Source: Octopus bimaculoides
Taxonomy: Eukaryota
Direction of reading: 5' to 3'
Length of the DNA: 52,771 nucleotides
NCBI RefSeq assembly: GCF_001194135.2
Contig: NC_068992.1
Coordinates: 43,992,310-44,045,080 of the forward strand
Under the pieces are notes generated by a model that had not been told where the DNA came from, ran no database searches, and was given only the letters and a program-made list of their open reading frames with translations. A program made the position numbers and the translations under genes. Positions 34,331 through 47,476 of the stretch are shown in pieces (positions within the stretch are counted from its first letter, which is position 1; every line of letters starts with the position of its first letter).

Positions 34331-35664
34331 TATTTGATTGTCACCCAAAAATTATATTAGAAATTGTCTTCAAGTACAAAGAAATCATCACGTACACACA
34401 CACACACGCACGCACATACACACGAACGCACACACGCGCACACTCACATATACACACACACTCATATACACATACGCACACGCACACAAAATTTCCGAAA
34501 TATATTTCGTCGTTAATCAAATATATTCTTCTCTTCTCTAATTAGTTTTGAGTATTTATTAAAACAGTTGATGTTTACCTAAAGGGAGTAAACTTACAAC
34601 TAATTATTAATGATTTTTCTCTTGTCATAGCTCTTTGGTGACATGAAATGTTCTTAAAACATCAAACGAATATTAATCTGCGTTATTTGATTAGTTAGCC
34701 GGGAGTCAACATATGTTTTAATATAAATTCATCCTTTCACGCTAATTCTTCTTGCTAAAAATTATTTTATCAAGCATTAAAGAAAGGAATGAATGTGATG
34801 CTATGGATTTGATACCATTCAAAACAAACGTTATTTCAATTTTAAATTGAAAAGAAAACATACGTCAATAAAGTATAAAAACACACATACATAAGTGATC
34901 ACCGCATATACTAAATAAAAATCTAAAACCAAATGTACGAAAATACAGGATAATTTAAAAGTTCAGAGGAAGAAAAATGTCATTTCCGTTAGACACCGTA
35001 AGATCAAAACTACTGAAGACACCAACCTTTCGGATCTGAAGGTGAAATCATTTGCAAAAATTTTATCATTTATTTTCCAAAATTTTCTGAATATTTTTCA
35101 TGCTTGTTTATACTTACACAATCTTTTGTGAGTAGATATGAGGGACGACCAACTTAGTGACTGCTACAACTATTGTTTAGCTTATTCTGCTGGTATTAAT
35201 GCACGTATCTCTTTTCATGAAATATGCAGTGTTAGTTTTGAGTTCTTTACTATTGCTGTTATTGCATCGCTAAGATTTTTTCATTGGGCCACATGAAGAT
35301 CGAGCGATTTTCATTTGAATTTTTGTAGGGATAGGGCCAGAATCGTTCTGATATTGATTTGATTTGCACATCTTTAGCTTCATTCCACGCAGTGACCTAT
35401 GGAAGTTTCCGTCGCAGATGCTTTTGATTTCGTTTTCTGTTTATGGTGTTAACAGATATTCTCATGTTAAATGCTTCCGGTATTCTGTTAAATGTACCCG
35501 TTCGTGGCGGGGTTAATTTATTATTGATATTAAAAAGCATTCTGCATTAGTTATCAAACTAAGCTGCATCACATGACATTTTCAGGTGATTTTGCGTGGA
35601 ATATAGTCACAGCTGACTTTAAATGTAGTCGCTGTCCTCTAAGTACATATATTGACTCAAGTGA

Positions 35665-35757
35665 TGATGTGACTTTGCAAAATCCTTTAAAGTCGACTAT
35701 GGTATGATATTTAACAAACTGAGTGATCTCGGCATTGTTGGAAAACATGTGCGTGTG
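35665..35757 (+). mobile_element. Tiny LINE RT fragment (CR1/Jockey group)
   Basis: DFAKSF-KVDYGMIFNKLSDLGIVGK corresponds to the RT motif DFAKAFDKVDH...KL..LGI.GK. It is cut by (GAA)n at 35758-35793. Confidence 0.7.
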
Positions 35758-36716
35758 GAAGAAGAAGAAGAAGAAGAAGAAGAAGAAGAAGAACTTAAAA
35801 TTCACAACTGTTTCGGTAACATTCTATTGATGCATTATTTTTAGATTACCTGATAAAAACCCGCCATCATTGGTTAAGTAATAAACACAGAAACAGGTGA
35901 GGCATGATGACCACTTCACAGCTGCCATGGTGAAAAAAGTGATATTTTCAGAAAGCATCATAAAATTTATAGAGAAAATGCAACAGATACACAGAGAGAA
36001 GCTAGTTCAAATCTAAATGCTCAAATCTTTCTCGAATGAAGGTAAAAACTTTTGAAATTAGACCCAGAAAGTTGACCACATCTCGTTATACTTCAGTATG
36101 TGCAAATACGTACTGACATTTTCTTTGAAATCTTTTTACGCTTGTTGAGCGAGAATTCAAAGTGAAAGTTGTTACAAAAATACCTTTCCAGTCAGCATTA
36201 TATTCTCTATAATACAATAGTTCGTCTGTTGTGTGTTGTGAGCAAAATATTAAAGAACATTTGATAGCGCGTATATTTCTGAAGTAAACATATTTGTATC
36301 AGCATTCATACTACTGACGAATTAAAGCAACTATGAATTGCTCTTCATAAATATCAAGCGGTAGAAATTATATTTAGAGCGAATCCTTTGAAGTATCGCA
36401 AAAGGTTATTTTCAAATTGCTTTATGTTTTCTTAATGTCATCTGTTTTCATTTTTACCAAGTTTCTAAATGATTTCTTAGTAATTCAGATTTAAATCGCA
36501 CATATGATATTTAAAAACATTCAATAAGTTTATCAGTAGATTTAAAAGGATCATTACTTTTCATTTAGGATCATGTCGAATTTATTATAGAAGCTAAACA
36601 AATCTCCGTTCATAGGAAGACAACATAAGATTGTCGGGATGAATGAAGAAAACTGTTGCTCTTGCTCTGAATACGAAGGTTTAAAATATCTTCTATATTA
36701 CTCTTATTTCAAACAG

Positions 36717-37090
36717 GAGAACCCTGCTGTCAGACAATTTCTATCAGACAATTTCTGCGACTACATCACCCCTAACATCAGACCACTTAACTCCCCAGAC
36801 TGAAAGCCCCTTGATAGTTGAGCGAGAGACCAACAAACATCTTGTAACACCAGAGATGAACTGAAAGCAAGGGTTGTGGCAGTATTCACCAACTTAAACA
36901 ATTAAACCATCCAGATGTCTTGCAGTAGATTCCGAAGTCGTCTGGGAGCCGTGGTTGAAGCCAATGGCGATTGTATTGAATGAATTTAGTCTAGAAAAAT
37001 TTTATGGAATTTTGGTAAATATATGCGTTAAAATGAGATGTGAGTGTTATTTTCCCTTTTGCGTAATTTAGACGAAAGTTTATTCATCTC

Positions 37091-37095
<5 letters not shown>
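36717..37095 (+). mobile_element. Tc1/mariner superfamily DD37D (maT)-like transposase C-terminal fragment and right end
   Basis: SDNFCDYITPNIRPLNSPD*KPLD-VERETNK..CNTRDELKARVVAVFTNL...CSRFRSRLGAVVEANGDCIE* carries the decayed WPPNSPDLNPLD motif. A TIR-like ...CACCCT|ATA end lies at about 37095. Confidence 0.8.
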
Positions 37096-37138
<43 letters not shown>

Positions 37139-37148
37139 NNNNNNNNNN

Positions 37149-37186
<38 letters not shown>

Positions 37187-37286
37187 ATATGTATGTATGT
37201 GTGTTTGTGTGTGTTTGCATGTGTGATCGTACGAGCGTGTTTGTATATGCACATATGTACAGGTATATATGCATATATACATATGT

Positions 37287-37330
<44 letters not shown>

Positions 37331-38098
37331 GGAGAGAGAGGGAGAGAGAGAGCGAGAGAAAGAGAGAGTGACAGCATGTGTGTGTGCGTGAGAGTGTGTG
37401 TGAGTGTGTGTGTGTATGCGCGTGCTTGCGAGTGCGCGCGTGTATGGTTGAATGTATAAATATATGTTATGCATATTTTTAATAATTAATGTCCGAAACC
37501 TGTTTGACCACTTAAGACAACCTTCGTAGCTATGTATTATCTGTAGGATTAACTGTGATCATAAAATGCAACGTGCATATCTTTATTGATTTTGATGTGA
37601 CATGTTACCAGTGACATAATATTTATTTCCGGAGAGATTGAGACTATTTGTGAATAGATTTATTATTTTGATGAAGTTAATATAAGTGACAGTGTTTTAA
37701 AAGGACCAAGTGACACAAACTGCTGTCTAAGACAGCGGTTCTTGTACTGTCAATAACATCCTATATATATATTTGATATACGTAGTTTTATTGATTGAAT
37801 ACACAATATGTTATACATTGCTATGAAAAATGTTTTGCAGATTTTATTAAGATTTCTTGAATTTTAGCGCCATATCGCTCCATAGACTCGTTACAGTGAT
37901 TCTATACCCAAATATCCTTTTAAACATACATTCTTGTCGCAATTAAGAGTTATATAATACGTTTAATTACAAATCATATATGACAGTCTGAATATTCAAT
38001 TAATATGGTATTTATAATGCAATCAAATAACTCATACATAATTAAATCTTTAAATCTCATTTCAGTTTAACTCAAAGCTACGAAGTAGTAGAAATATT

Positions 38099-38313
38099 CT
38101 TTTCTACTCTAGGCACAAGGCCCGAAATTTTGGAGGAGGGGCCAGTCGATTAGGTCGACCCCAGTACGCAACTGGTACTTAATTTATCGACCCCGAAAGG
38201 ATGAAAGGTAAAAACCACCTCGGCGGAATTTGAACTCAGAACGTAATGGCAGCCGAAATACTGCTAAGCATTTCACCCGGCGTGCTAACGTTTCTGCCAG
38301 CTCACTGCCTTTC
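38099..38313 (-). mobile_element. Full-length SINE family A with a perfect 19-bp target-site duplication
   Basis: ACGAAGTAGTAGAAATATT occurs at 38080-38098 and 38314-38332. The body aligns closely to the reverse complement of 30411-30625. Confidence 0.95.
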
Positions 38314-39002
38314 ACGAAGTAGTAGAAATATTAACCTGCTCCAGCTTTGTCTTTCATCGTCCAGAGTTTGATCAAATTAAGGAGCATTAGTTTCCATGCA
38401 ATCGAATATAGTTTCACGTTATCTGTATATGCGAATTAACGAAAGAAATGACATTTAAATTACAATACTACATTCTAGTTTTCTAATTGGCATTTGAAAT
38501 GCATTAAAATTTTGGTTGCTGAAAAAATTCCATGTTTTAAGTCTCATCTTTGCTTCTTAATATGTTCATGCTGTCAATGCAAAATTAGAAAATCATTGTT
38601 ACTGAAGGAGTCAAATTCTGAAGTCGTTTCCGCTTAAATATTTATCTCGCCATTTTCTAATCTAAAACACGAAACCTGAGATGTTAAGCTGAAAGTTAAA
38701 TTCAAGCTATGGATTTCTCCCATATTTTGTGATTAAATGATTATCATGGCGAGTGACTTTTCCGTTTCATTTTTCTCCGGAATGTGCAGATACAATGGAT
38801 TGTATTTCTGAATTAAATTGGTGAAAATAACTGAAACTCTCTCATGGACAAATTTACTAAAAGAATTGAACGTTATTTTATTGGTTGTTGTGTTCATAAT
38901 TTATTATTGCTAGAACCAGTGTTATCATACTATTAGCAAGTGTTTTCGAAATAATGAAATATATATATTTCATATTTTATATGTTTTATCCGTTGTTTAT
39001 AG

Positions 39003-39078
39003 ATCTGAAGTGAACTCCAGCTTACATATCGGAGACAATGCTGCTGCTATAACGTCTACACTTCCAGCTGATTGCTAA
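39003..39078 (+). CDS. Candidate terminal coding exon of an unidentified host gene
   Basis: T-rich acceptor ...GTTTTATCCGTTGTTTATAG|A, then SEVNSSLHIGDNAAAITSTLPADC*. The segment is locally GC-richer and non-repetitive. No homology recognised and no upstream exon identified. Confidence 0.2.
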
Positions 39079-41091
39079 ATCCTGTCCAATATGCCACATT
39101 CACTGATTTAAAGAATGCTCCTTTTCTCGTGTCTGGTACTGTTATTAAAATGGACATATGGACTAATAAGCTACCCCAGTACACCCTGGCTCAATTATTC
39201 CAAGCTCTGTACTGCAATATAGTCAGTCTTAGGCAACATATCCGTTACTTCTTGATCATTATTCTCATTCCGTAAATCTCTCACTAAGCAAATTGTTTAA
39301 TTATTCCTCATCAAAATTTCCCATCATAGGAAATTTTCTGCAGATGTTCGCATATAGATGTTCGAATTGTTTATTAGGTGCCTCCCTACTGAATACATCT
39401 CCTATCGAAGTATATTGTTATCTTGAGTGATAGGAAATATTTATTTACAGGTGATTATTATTACTGACTTAAGTGTTGAAGGAATGAAAATTATCCCATG
39501 TATACATTCACAAAGGATTAACCAGAAGAGGGATGTGTTAGTCACCGGGAATCGAGACTGGGTTGCACATTCGGTTGGTCTGGAGTTATTACTGATCATA
39601 CACATAAACGCATCCATATACGCATGCAAGCTCACAGATATATATGCACATGCATGTTCATATTTATGAGTATGCATATAATTTTGTGTGTGTATATCAT
39701 TTCGGTTATTTTCAAATAGTTCAGGTGTTTGGAATCAACTATAAAAAGAAAAGACCAAAAAACATTACGGTAAATGTCATCTAATTTGAATTCTGATTAT
39801 TTTTTTAATGAAATGATTGTAAGGCGCTCCAAAAAGAAACGTGCTTTATCAATAAATACACTACGGAAAACAGTTCACGAAAGAAACTGAAGGACCGTCC
39901 GATATAATAAGAGAAGTTAGAATTATTGTAATATGGAGAAATTGCTGTTGCTATAATTCAGTAATTTTGTTGCCAGAGTTTTATAAATAAAATAGTGAAA
40001 AACATTAATTTGACTATAATGTCAAACATGAATTAATCGATGGCTTAGAGTATATTAAATCAATTATTGGTCCTCCAAATGTCCTGTGCAAATTCAGTGA
40101 GATTTAAAATTATTTTATCAAATATTTAAAAAATATTATACTTAAGTTGAAAGAATGAAATAAATCAGGTTTAAAGTAAAGCTATATCCAAATTTGTACA
40201 GATATCAAGAGACTTTTTATTGCTACTATATAATTGTTTTGATAATCTCTTTTCTTTTATAAGTGTTTCAACTATAGGTAAATGTCTCAGTCTGTAGCAG
40301 ATTCCACTTGTTTCCGTATAGGACCTATCTCCAACTAAATAAGGGTAGATACTGAGGGTTCAGAAACTTAACCGGAACGTTCTATTCTTCAGTCGATCGT
40401 CCCAGCCCTTCAAGTAGCGATAAAATAAACAGATCTCATTTAGGTGAAGAAAAACACAGAAAAGCATACGTTAAGCAATTGTTGAGTGGGTAAAAAATAT
40501 AAACAATTTAGTAATCTTGACTGAAATAAAAAACATTACATTGCAGCTGATGCACAAGCATGTCTATAACAATGATGACTTAAGTGAATTATATAAAAAC
40601 AGATAGTACTAGTATCATCATAAATAATTAAAGATAAATGGAACGTTAAAAGAAACCGGTTATCTGAACAGAGACGGTAAAACTATCTGATATATAAAAT
40701 TTGACTTTTCAATAAACAGTGACAATTCAGTATTTTCAATCTAAACATGCTGTTCGCTATTATTAAACCAGATCCATATCGCTTGAATAGAGAATCTAGC
40801 ATATTCTTTTGATTTTATAAATAATAGATGTCCTACATTTGAAAATAGTAGGAGCTAGAAGTATAGATAGTAGATTAGGTATTTTTAAAAAGATGAGTGT
40901 TATTAGTCAAGACTTGCATTTGCTTTCATTTCAGCACCACGCTTTGTTCTTTTGTGTTTCTCTTATTCATAGGTTTTCGCTGGTTTACTTTAGTCTTTCA
41001 TTTTCTTCTTGATCAAATGCTCGATTACAAGCTCAGTATGAATGTATGTATGTATGTATGTATGTATGTATGTATGTATGTATGTATGTCC

Positions 41092-41123
<32 letters not shown>

Positions 41124-41312
41124 GTCTGTCTGTCTGTATGTATGTATGCATGTATGTGTTTGTGTGTATGCTCGATATGTTACCAATTACAACCATATTT
41201 GTGTTTGTGATCTTTGTGTGTACACACATGCAACACACTCACATATGTACACACATATACGCATACACGCATATATATATATATACGTACAAATAAATAA
41301 ATAAATATATAT

Positions 41313-41391
<79 letters not shown>

Positions 41392-43884
41392 TTATACATA
41401 AAATATAATTCCAACTTTGCCATTGGTATTTTTATCTTTTTCTCTCTTTATATTTATATATACACAGCCGTATGTGCGAACTTAGTTTGTGAGTGTGTTT
41501 GTGTGTAGGTGTGTATGAGTCTATTCGCATATAGTATAGATAGAGATAGTAACTGAGACAGGTGGGATTATCCACATACAGAACAGTTAAATATATGTCC
41601 ATAAATTTGTGTATACTTGTTATACCAAATCTGAAGTTCTATACATACATACATACATACATACATACATAAACAGATATATAATCATATAGCAAGAGCT
41701 GAACATGCGCACTTTTATTTTTGCAGTTATCCGTTGTATTACCAAAATATAAAATCAATATCCCTAGAAGAATGAAAAGAATCACTAGGAAGAACATGCA
41801 ATAATCAAATAAATAAATTCAGATTTTATTTTGCATTCCTAATAAAAGTAAAAGCTCCATTATTTGCAGTATCATATTTTAAAAATAACCAGTCTGCTGC
41901 CGGACTTCGAATTGAATCGAATTTCAGAAGAGTTTGGCTTTTCTATAGGATTGGTAGTATATTGCTGTATCTTGAAAACATTAGTATGTTGTCCAGGATA
42001 AGCAATTCGAATAAGATGCGATGGTCATGTCTGGATCATCTGATAAGAGTTATGTTCGATCAGGATCGGCTTCGACCGAACTTAATATTGATTTCAAATT
42101 TTTGCATAAGGCCAGCAACTTAAGCGAGGTGGATATGAATTCGACAAACATTAAACACTGCTCAGCAGAGGCCTAAAGCGTGACCTAAAGAAGACCCTGA
42201 GATTCTAAAGATTCTCGCAAAATATGTGAATCATAGATATGAAAAGTTCGACGTTTTCGGGTTTAGATTTGTTTTGATACAATAAAAACTCGAGCAAAGA
42301 AAAATCTTGTTCAGCACAGTGAAAGAAGTAGATTTTTAAGCAGTCGTAAATGTATATTTTGTAGCTTCTGTGAAACCCATGTAAAAAAAAAAAAAAAATG
42401 TATGCTGGCAACCATCTACTTCTGCTTCTCAAAAATGCTCGTTTTCTTATGGTATAAGTTACAAAGGCAGCTGTGCCAAGTTATTCTATATGACACATCT
42501 ACATTATCCCCGAATGTGAACACGCGTAGCTTCCACTTATTTCCGGCTTAAAAAATGTAAAGTTAATGAAAATAGTAAAACACTCAAATAAGTCCTTTGT
42601 AATAGACAAAGTCTTTCACATCATTCTGAAATCGTTATAAGTGAAGGTTGGTTTCTCCGACTTATATTTTCTAAGTAGATAGTGTTGATCACCACATTTA
42701 ATATATAAAGAATAGAGAACAATAAGCTAAGGTAGCGCTAACTTTATTGACTGAGCTGCTAACATCTACTCATGGCACAAATAATATTCTTCAAATACAT
42801 TGCACGTTAAAATATACAACGTCGTATCTTCATGTAGATATGTAGCGATAATATATCCTATATGCAAATGTTTAATTTGTGCTGGTGTATTTGTGTGAGC
42901 ATGCTTATTTGAGTATATTTGGTGCTTTATCTATACATTAGTTAGTGCATGTTGAAGTATATGTGTAAATATGTTTACTTAAATGTATAAATGTTCATAA
43001 GTTTTAGAAATGAACTCTTCGTACAAGACTCGCTTAATATTAAACGATGTGAAAAGGAAACGCTGGCTTTCATTTCTTCTCATGTAATTCTATAAACAGA
43101 CAAAAGCGAATACCGACTAGTTATGTTTGCTATTTAGCAAAGAGCATTTCTCGGCCTTTCAACCAAATAGTCATTGTTCATAAAAATAGAAACCTGACAT
43201 TATGGCTTGTTTTCATAAAATGTCACCCCATTTCATATAGTTTATTTCAAGGTTCCTTTTCAGCAGCATCCTTAAGAAAAATATACACTTCAGGAGTATT
43301 TTGGAGAAGTGTGTATTCCTGCAAAGGTAATGACATTTAACTAGTCTAATATTCACAAATCACCACAAATCTTGATGTGTTATTTTAGAACATTAAGTTG
43401 CTCTTCAACACGATTCCGTCTGATATTCCTCAAGTACTGTATTAGCAGCACTCTAGAAGAGATCAATCGCATATTCGTATTTTCCTAATTTCCCTTTTAC
43501 ACCAGTCAAATGTCATGAATTTGTATGAATTTATATATTTCTTTAAAATCATATATTTACGACGGCTATTGCTGCCTATAAACAGATATTCAAAGTTGGA
43601 AATGCAATTATTTTCAGGGATCAATCAATCATATATAAAGTTCCAATTCATGGAAGCTATAAAAATATTTACCAAAATCATTAGCTGTTCTCTATCTGTG
43701 TATTCTCTACTTTTTTTCTTCATTTTAGTATTTGTTTCTTCTCATATATACTTTTGCAGTCAGTCATAGGTTGCCAGCTTTATACAATATGGGTAAAAGG
43801 ATTTTATTTTCATACCTCCCCTCTCTAGAACTCTTCTGGATTTTAATAGAATATTTGAATACAAGATTTCCCTTTTTCATTTAA

Positions 43885-43970
43885 GTAAGGACAGCAAGCT
43901 AACATAATCATTAGCGTACCGGACAAAATGCTTAGTGGTATTTCTTCCGGCTCTTTACATTGTCAAATAC
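43885..43970 (+). mobile_element. SINE family A-like head fragment
   Basis: CAAGCTAACATAATCATTAGCGTACCGGACAAAATGCTTAGTGGTATTTC aligns to the family A head. Confidence 0.6.
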
Positions 43971-43989
43971 TGTTCAGAAATGGCAGCGA

Positions 43990-44880
43990 AAATGAATGTG
44001 ACTTGGGGTCATCTTCGAAGTTGTACCACCCACTCAACGAGCTCAGGTCACTAAATATAAACTACAAGCCTGCATGCCCCTTTTTAGTGGATACGATACT
44101 TATTTCTAAGTCGACCGTTAATGGGAAGTGGATTGATGATGTTGTTTCGAAAAGTTTTGACTCTCAAGACACTAATGATCTTGGACACAGAAGGCAAATT
44201 GGTGGGCCCCGATGTAAACAAAAGCGAAGGGGATACCTTTTTACTAAAAGCTGATTATGTTTCGACAGGGTGGGGCATCTGGATGTCTTTAGGTGTCTGG
44301 GAGGGTTTCCTGGAAACGTCCCGATATTTAGTGCTAATGGGTAACAGGAGCGCTATTTTGGATGCACGGTTGAACTGTGTGGGACTAGATAATAGGAGAG
44401 TGGGGTCCGACAGTCTAGTGAACCTGCTCAGACGTTTCCAATTGTCTGATAGGTACTGAGTGGATTTCCAAAATGTGCCAATGTGGAGATGGAGAAACTG
44501 CATCGTGTCATCTAGGTCGTATCTAGATAGGGTGTTATGTTGGCTAGTAGACAAGGGAAGCATATGTTTTCCACATTTTCAAATCGTCGGCTATACAGAC
44601 CATTAATATGCAATCTGTACGGTCGACCTACAGAGGTTTCGTAGATAGGGACCTGGTTAATGGAAGTTGAACGCATCACTCTCGGAGTGACCAGCTTATA
44701 GAGACTGGATTAATGAATTAAGCGGGCGTTGACGGGTCATTCGTCAACAACAAATGATGGTTTGCCCTGAAAAGGGTATTTAGAGTGGAAAAAATTAGGT
44801 TTAGTAAGGCGTTAGTGATAGGAATAGAATAGAGGGAAGCTTCGTTATAGACTTAGAAGCGGCGCTTAGGAAAGTGACAT
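43990..44880 (+). mobile_element. L1/Tx1-like LINE ORF2 5' part (APE endonuclease and linker), decayed
   Basis: LNELRSLNI...MLFRKVLTLKTLMILDTEGKLV...FLETSRYLVLMGNRSAILDARLNCVG...LLRRFQLSDRY*VDFQNVPMWRW...SRSYLDRVL...GYTDH...VNNK*WFALKRVFRVEKIRFSKAL-DRNRIEGSFVIDLEAALRK. It is homologous to 789-935. Confidence 0.8.
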
Positions 44881-44904
44881 ACAAGCAGCAAGAGAAACGC
44901 CAAA

Positions 44905-45410
44905 GCGCGTGCTTTGAGACGCGAAGGTGTGGTAACATCAAATGCTTCCATTGACTCGATTGCTGCTTCGTTTCCGAGTCGTAGCCGTAGCACCAGCTTT
45001 CGATACCAGTGATAAACTTCGATAAAAGGTCCTGATTAATTTCCAACTGTTCTTTCATTTCACAACACGCATTCAGTCGTGACTGTTTTTGATCTTCCGT
45101 GGGCAAGTATGGCACAAATGTTGCTGTAACTCTTTTCATTCGCAATTCCTCATTTACAATTTGTTTGCAGGAGCACTAGGACAAACCAGTCTCATATAAA
45201 CAAATTCGTCAATTGTTCGGCGACGGTCCTCCAAGGTCAGTTCATGAATTTTCGTGATGTCTTCATTTGTTCGGTCGTCCTGAACGAGGTGGGTCTTCAA
45301 GCGACAAGTAACCATTCCTAAAGCGTGAAAACCACTCGTGAACTTGTGTTTTGCACATGGCAGCGTCCATGCAAGCTGTTTGAAGCATGACACCTATTTC
45401 GGCCACCGTT
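44905..45410 (-). mobile_element. Mariner transposase N-terminal to central fragment (a further family)
   Basis: RTNEDITKIHELTLEDRRRTIDE...MRMKRVTATFVPYLPTEDQKQSRLNACCEMKEQL...KFITGIESWCYGYDSETKQQSSQWK contains decayed TGDESW and FVPRLL motifs. Confidence 0.88.
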
Positions 45411-45869
45411 TTCCCCTACAGTATAGAAGAATGTGATGTCATGGTGAAGAGGAAGCAAGAGAGGTCGGCGAAATAGAAAGAGTTGAAGAGGTGCGATGTG
45501 TGGTTGATGTTACGGATGTGCCGGAAAGGAGGGAAAGCACCACAGGTACGAGGAAGGTATGAAGGTACCTGGAGATGAGCTCAGTGGAGAGGTTGTGTAA
45601 ACAGTGAGCTGGCAGGGTTGCCGAGTAAGTAGATGTAAGGGAGAAAGTAAATAGAGGAAGTGCGGAGGGTTCGAAAGACGAGATTAGAGACTATGAAGGG
45701 TGAAGGGAAGGCGACAATGAGTTGTTGGTTAGTATAAGGGAAAAAGGAACAGGATTTCTAAAGCTGGTACATCGCTTTGTGTGAGTGCGGGCGCGAAGGC
45801 GAATGTGTGTGTGTGTGTGCGCGCGCGCGCGCGACTGTTTGTGTACGTGTGTGTGTACTTCAGCGTAGT

Positions 45870-46140
45870 TGGATAAATTGATAAGCAATTCACTCTGGGT
45901 ACGATCTCACTGTGTAGCAACTTGGGCTAGTGTCATTTTGTACAGCCAAGAATCCACTCATGCCTTGTGAATGAAACTGGGGTAAGTAGAAACTGTATCG
46001 AAGCCCGTCAGGTGAAATGCATCCGTAATTGAAATGGCATGATCTTGGCACACAGTGTATCGCTAATTTTGTCAAGAGCAGGTCATTCGGTTGATCGAAC
46101 AAATGAATCCTCGACGTCGAAGCTGATGAAAAAGTATCCA
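45870..46140 (+). mobile_element. SINE with a family B-like 5' half and a family D 3' half
   Basis: CAACTTGGGCTAGTGTCATT...GCCTTGTGAATGAAACTGG...GAAACTGTATCGAAGCCCGTC resembles 32480-32570. CCGTAATTGAAATGG...GAGCAGGTCATTCGGTTGATCG resembles the reverse complement of 32205-32380. Confidence 0.65.
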
Positions 46141-46178
46141 TATATAAATATTGCGTGTGTGTATGTGTGTGAGTTCGT

Positions 46179-46237
<59 letters not shown>

Positions 46238-46247
46238 NNNNNNNNNN

Positions 46248-46304
<57 letters not shown>

Positions 46305-46420
46305 GTGTGTGTGTGTGTGTGTATGTATACACACACACATATACAGCTTATATACATATACACATGAAGAGTTTTCTAGAAGACAATGTAACCGTTTTAG
46401 TCCGTATAGACTTGTATTAA

Positions 46421-46529
<109 letters not shown>

Positions 46530-47372
46530 ATTTCACCTTTGTTCTTTTACCCTCCTTCCATCACCCTCCCGTCTTTACCTTCAATTACTTTCCATGCTGC
46601 TACTCCTTCTTCTCTTCTATCTTTCTCCTCATCCCCCCCCACTTCTTATGGTTGTTCTCTTTGTCCTCTTCTCCGGTTCCCCTTCTTTCCCATCGCACAC
46701 TACACAGTTCTTCAAGTAGAGAAAATATTGTAAAACAAACAAAAAAAAACAAACAAGAAACAAAATCAAAATTTCTTCCTCTGTCACCTTTGTGATGTAG
46801 CATTTTGTTCCAGAATGAATCTTATTTTATAGTTTTATCGTTTATTTCTTTATGTTTACATATTTTAGTACTGAAAGTCATTTTTCCTGAAAATATCTCG
46901 ATTTGTATCAGGGCAAAATAGTGAAACAATATCTACGAAAGCTTGGTGATCAGTCGTAGCATGTTGTTGGAAAGCTAATAGCATATGTGACGATACGTTT
47001 TTAACACAAGTCAATAGGTAATTATCAGCTAAGTGTCGCTAGATGGCGACTCTAGTATGCTAATGTTTACGTCATACCTAGTATTAAGAGGAGAAACATT
47101 TGCTAGGAAACAAGAGTATGATAGCGAAAATAACTGTGACAAAGAAGGCTATGACAGCACTAAATGTAGCAACGATATATGTATGTGCGTATGTGCGTAT
47201 GTATGTATGTATGTATGTATGTATGTATGTATGCATGTATGTATGCATGTATGTGCGTATGAATGTATGTATGTATGTATGAATGTATGTGCGTATGCAT
47301 CTTTGTAAGTATGTATGCATGTATGCATATATTTCTATATATATATATAAACACGTATGTCGTGTGCGAGTA

Positions 47373-47409
<37 letters not shown>

Positions 47410-47430
47410 ACGTATGTCATGTGTGTACGA

Positions 47431-47476
<46 letters not shown>

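Noticed and set aside
35012-35050. CTGAAGA...GGTGAAA with possible ACC/GGT pairing
   Set aside because: Core spacing is wrong and there is no stem III or stem I.
35586-35701. Apparent exon CAG|GDFAWNIVTADFKCSRCPLSTYID...M|GTATGA
   Set aside because: The acceptor is weak and the 3' half overlaps, in another frame, a LINE RT motif (DFAKSF-KVDYG), which explains the coding look.
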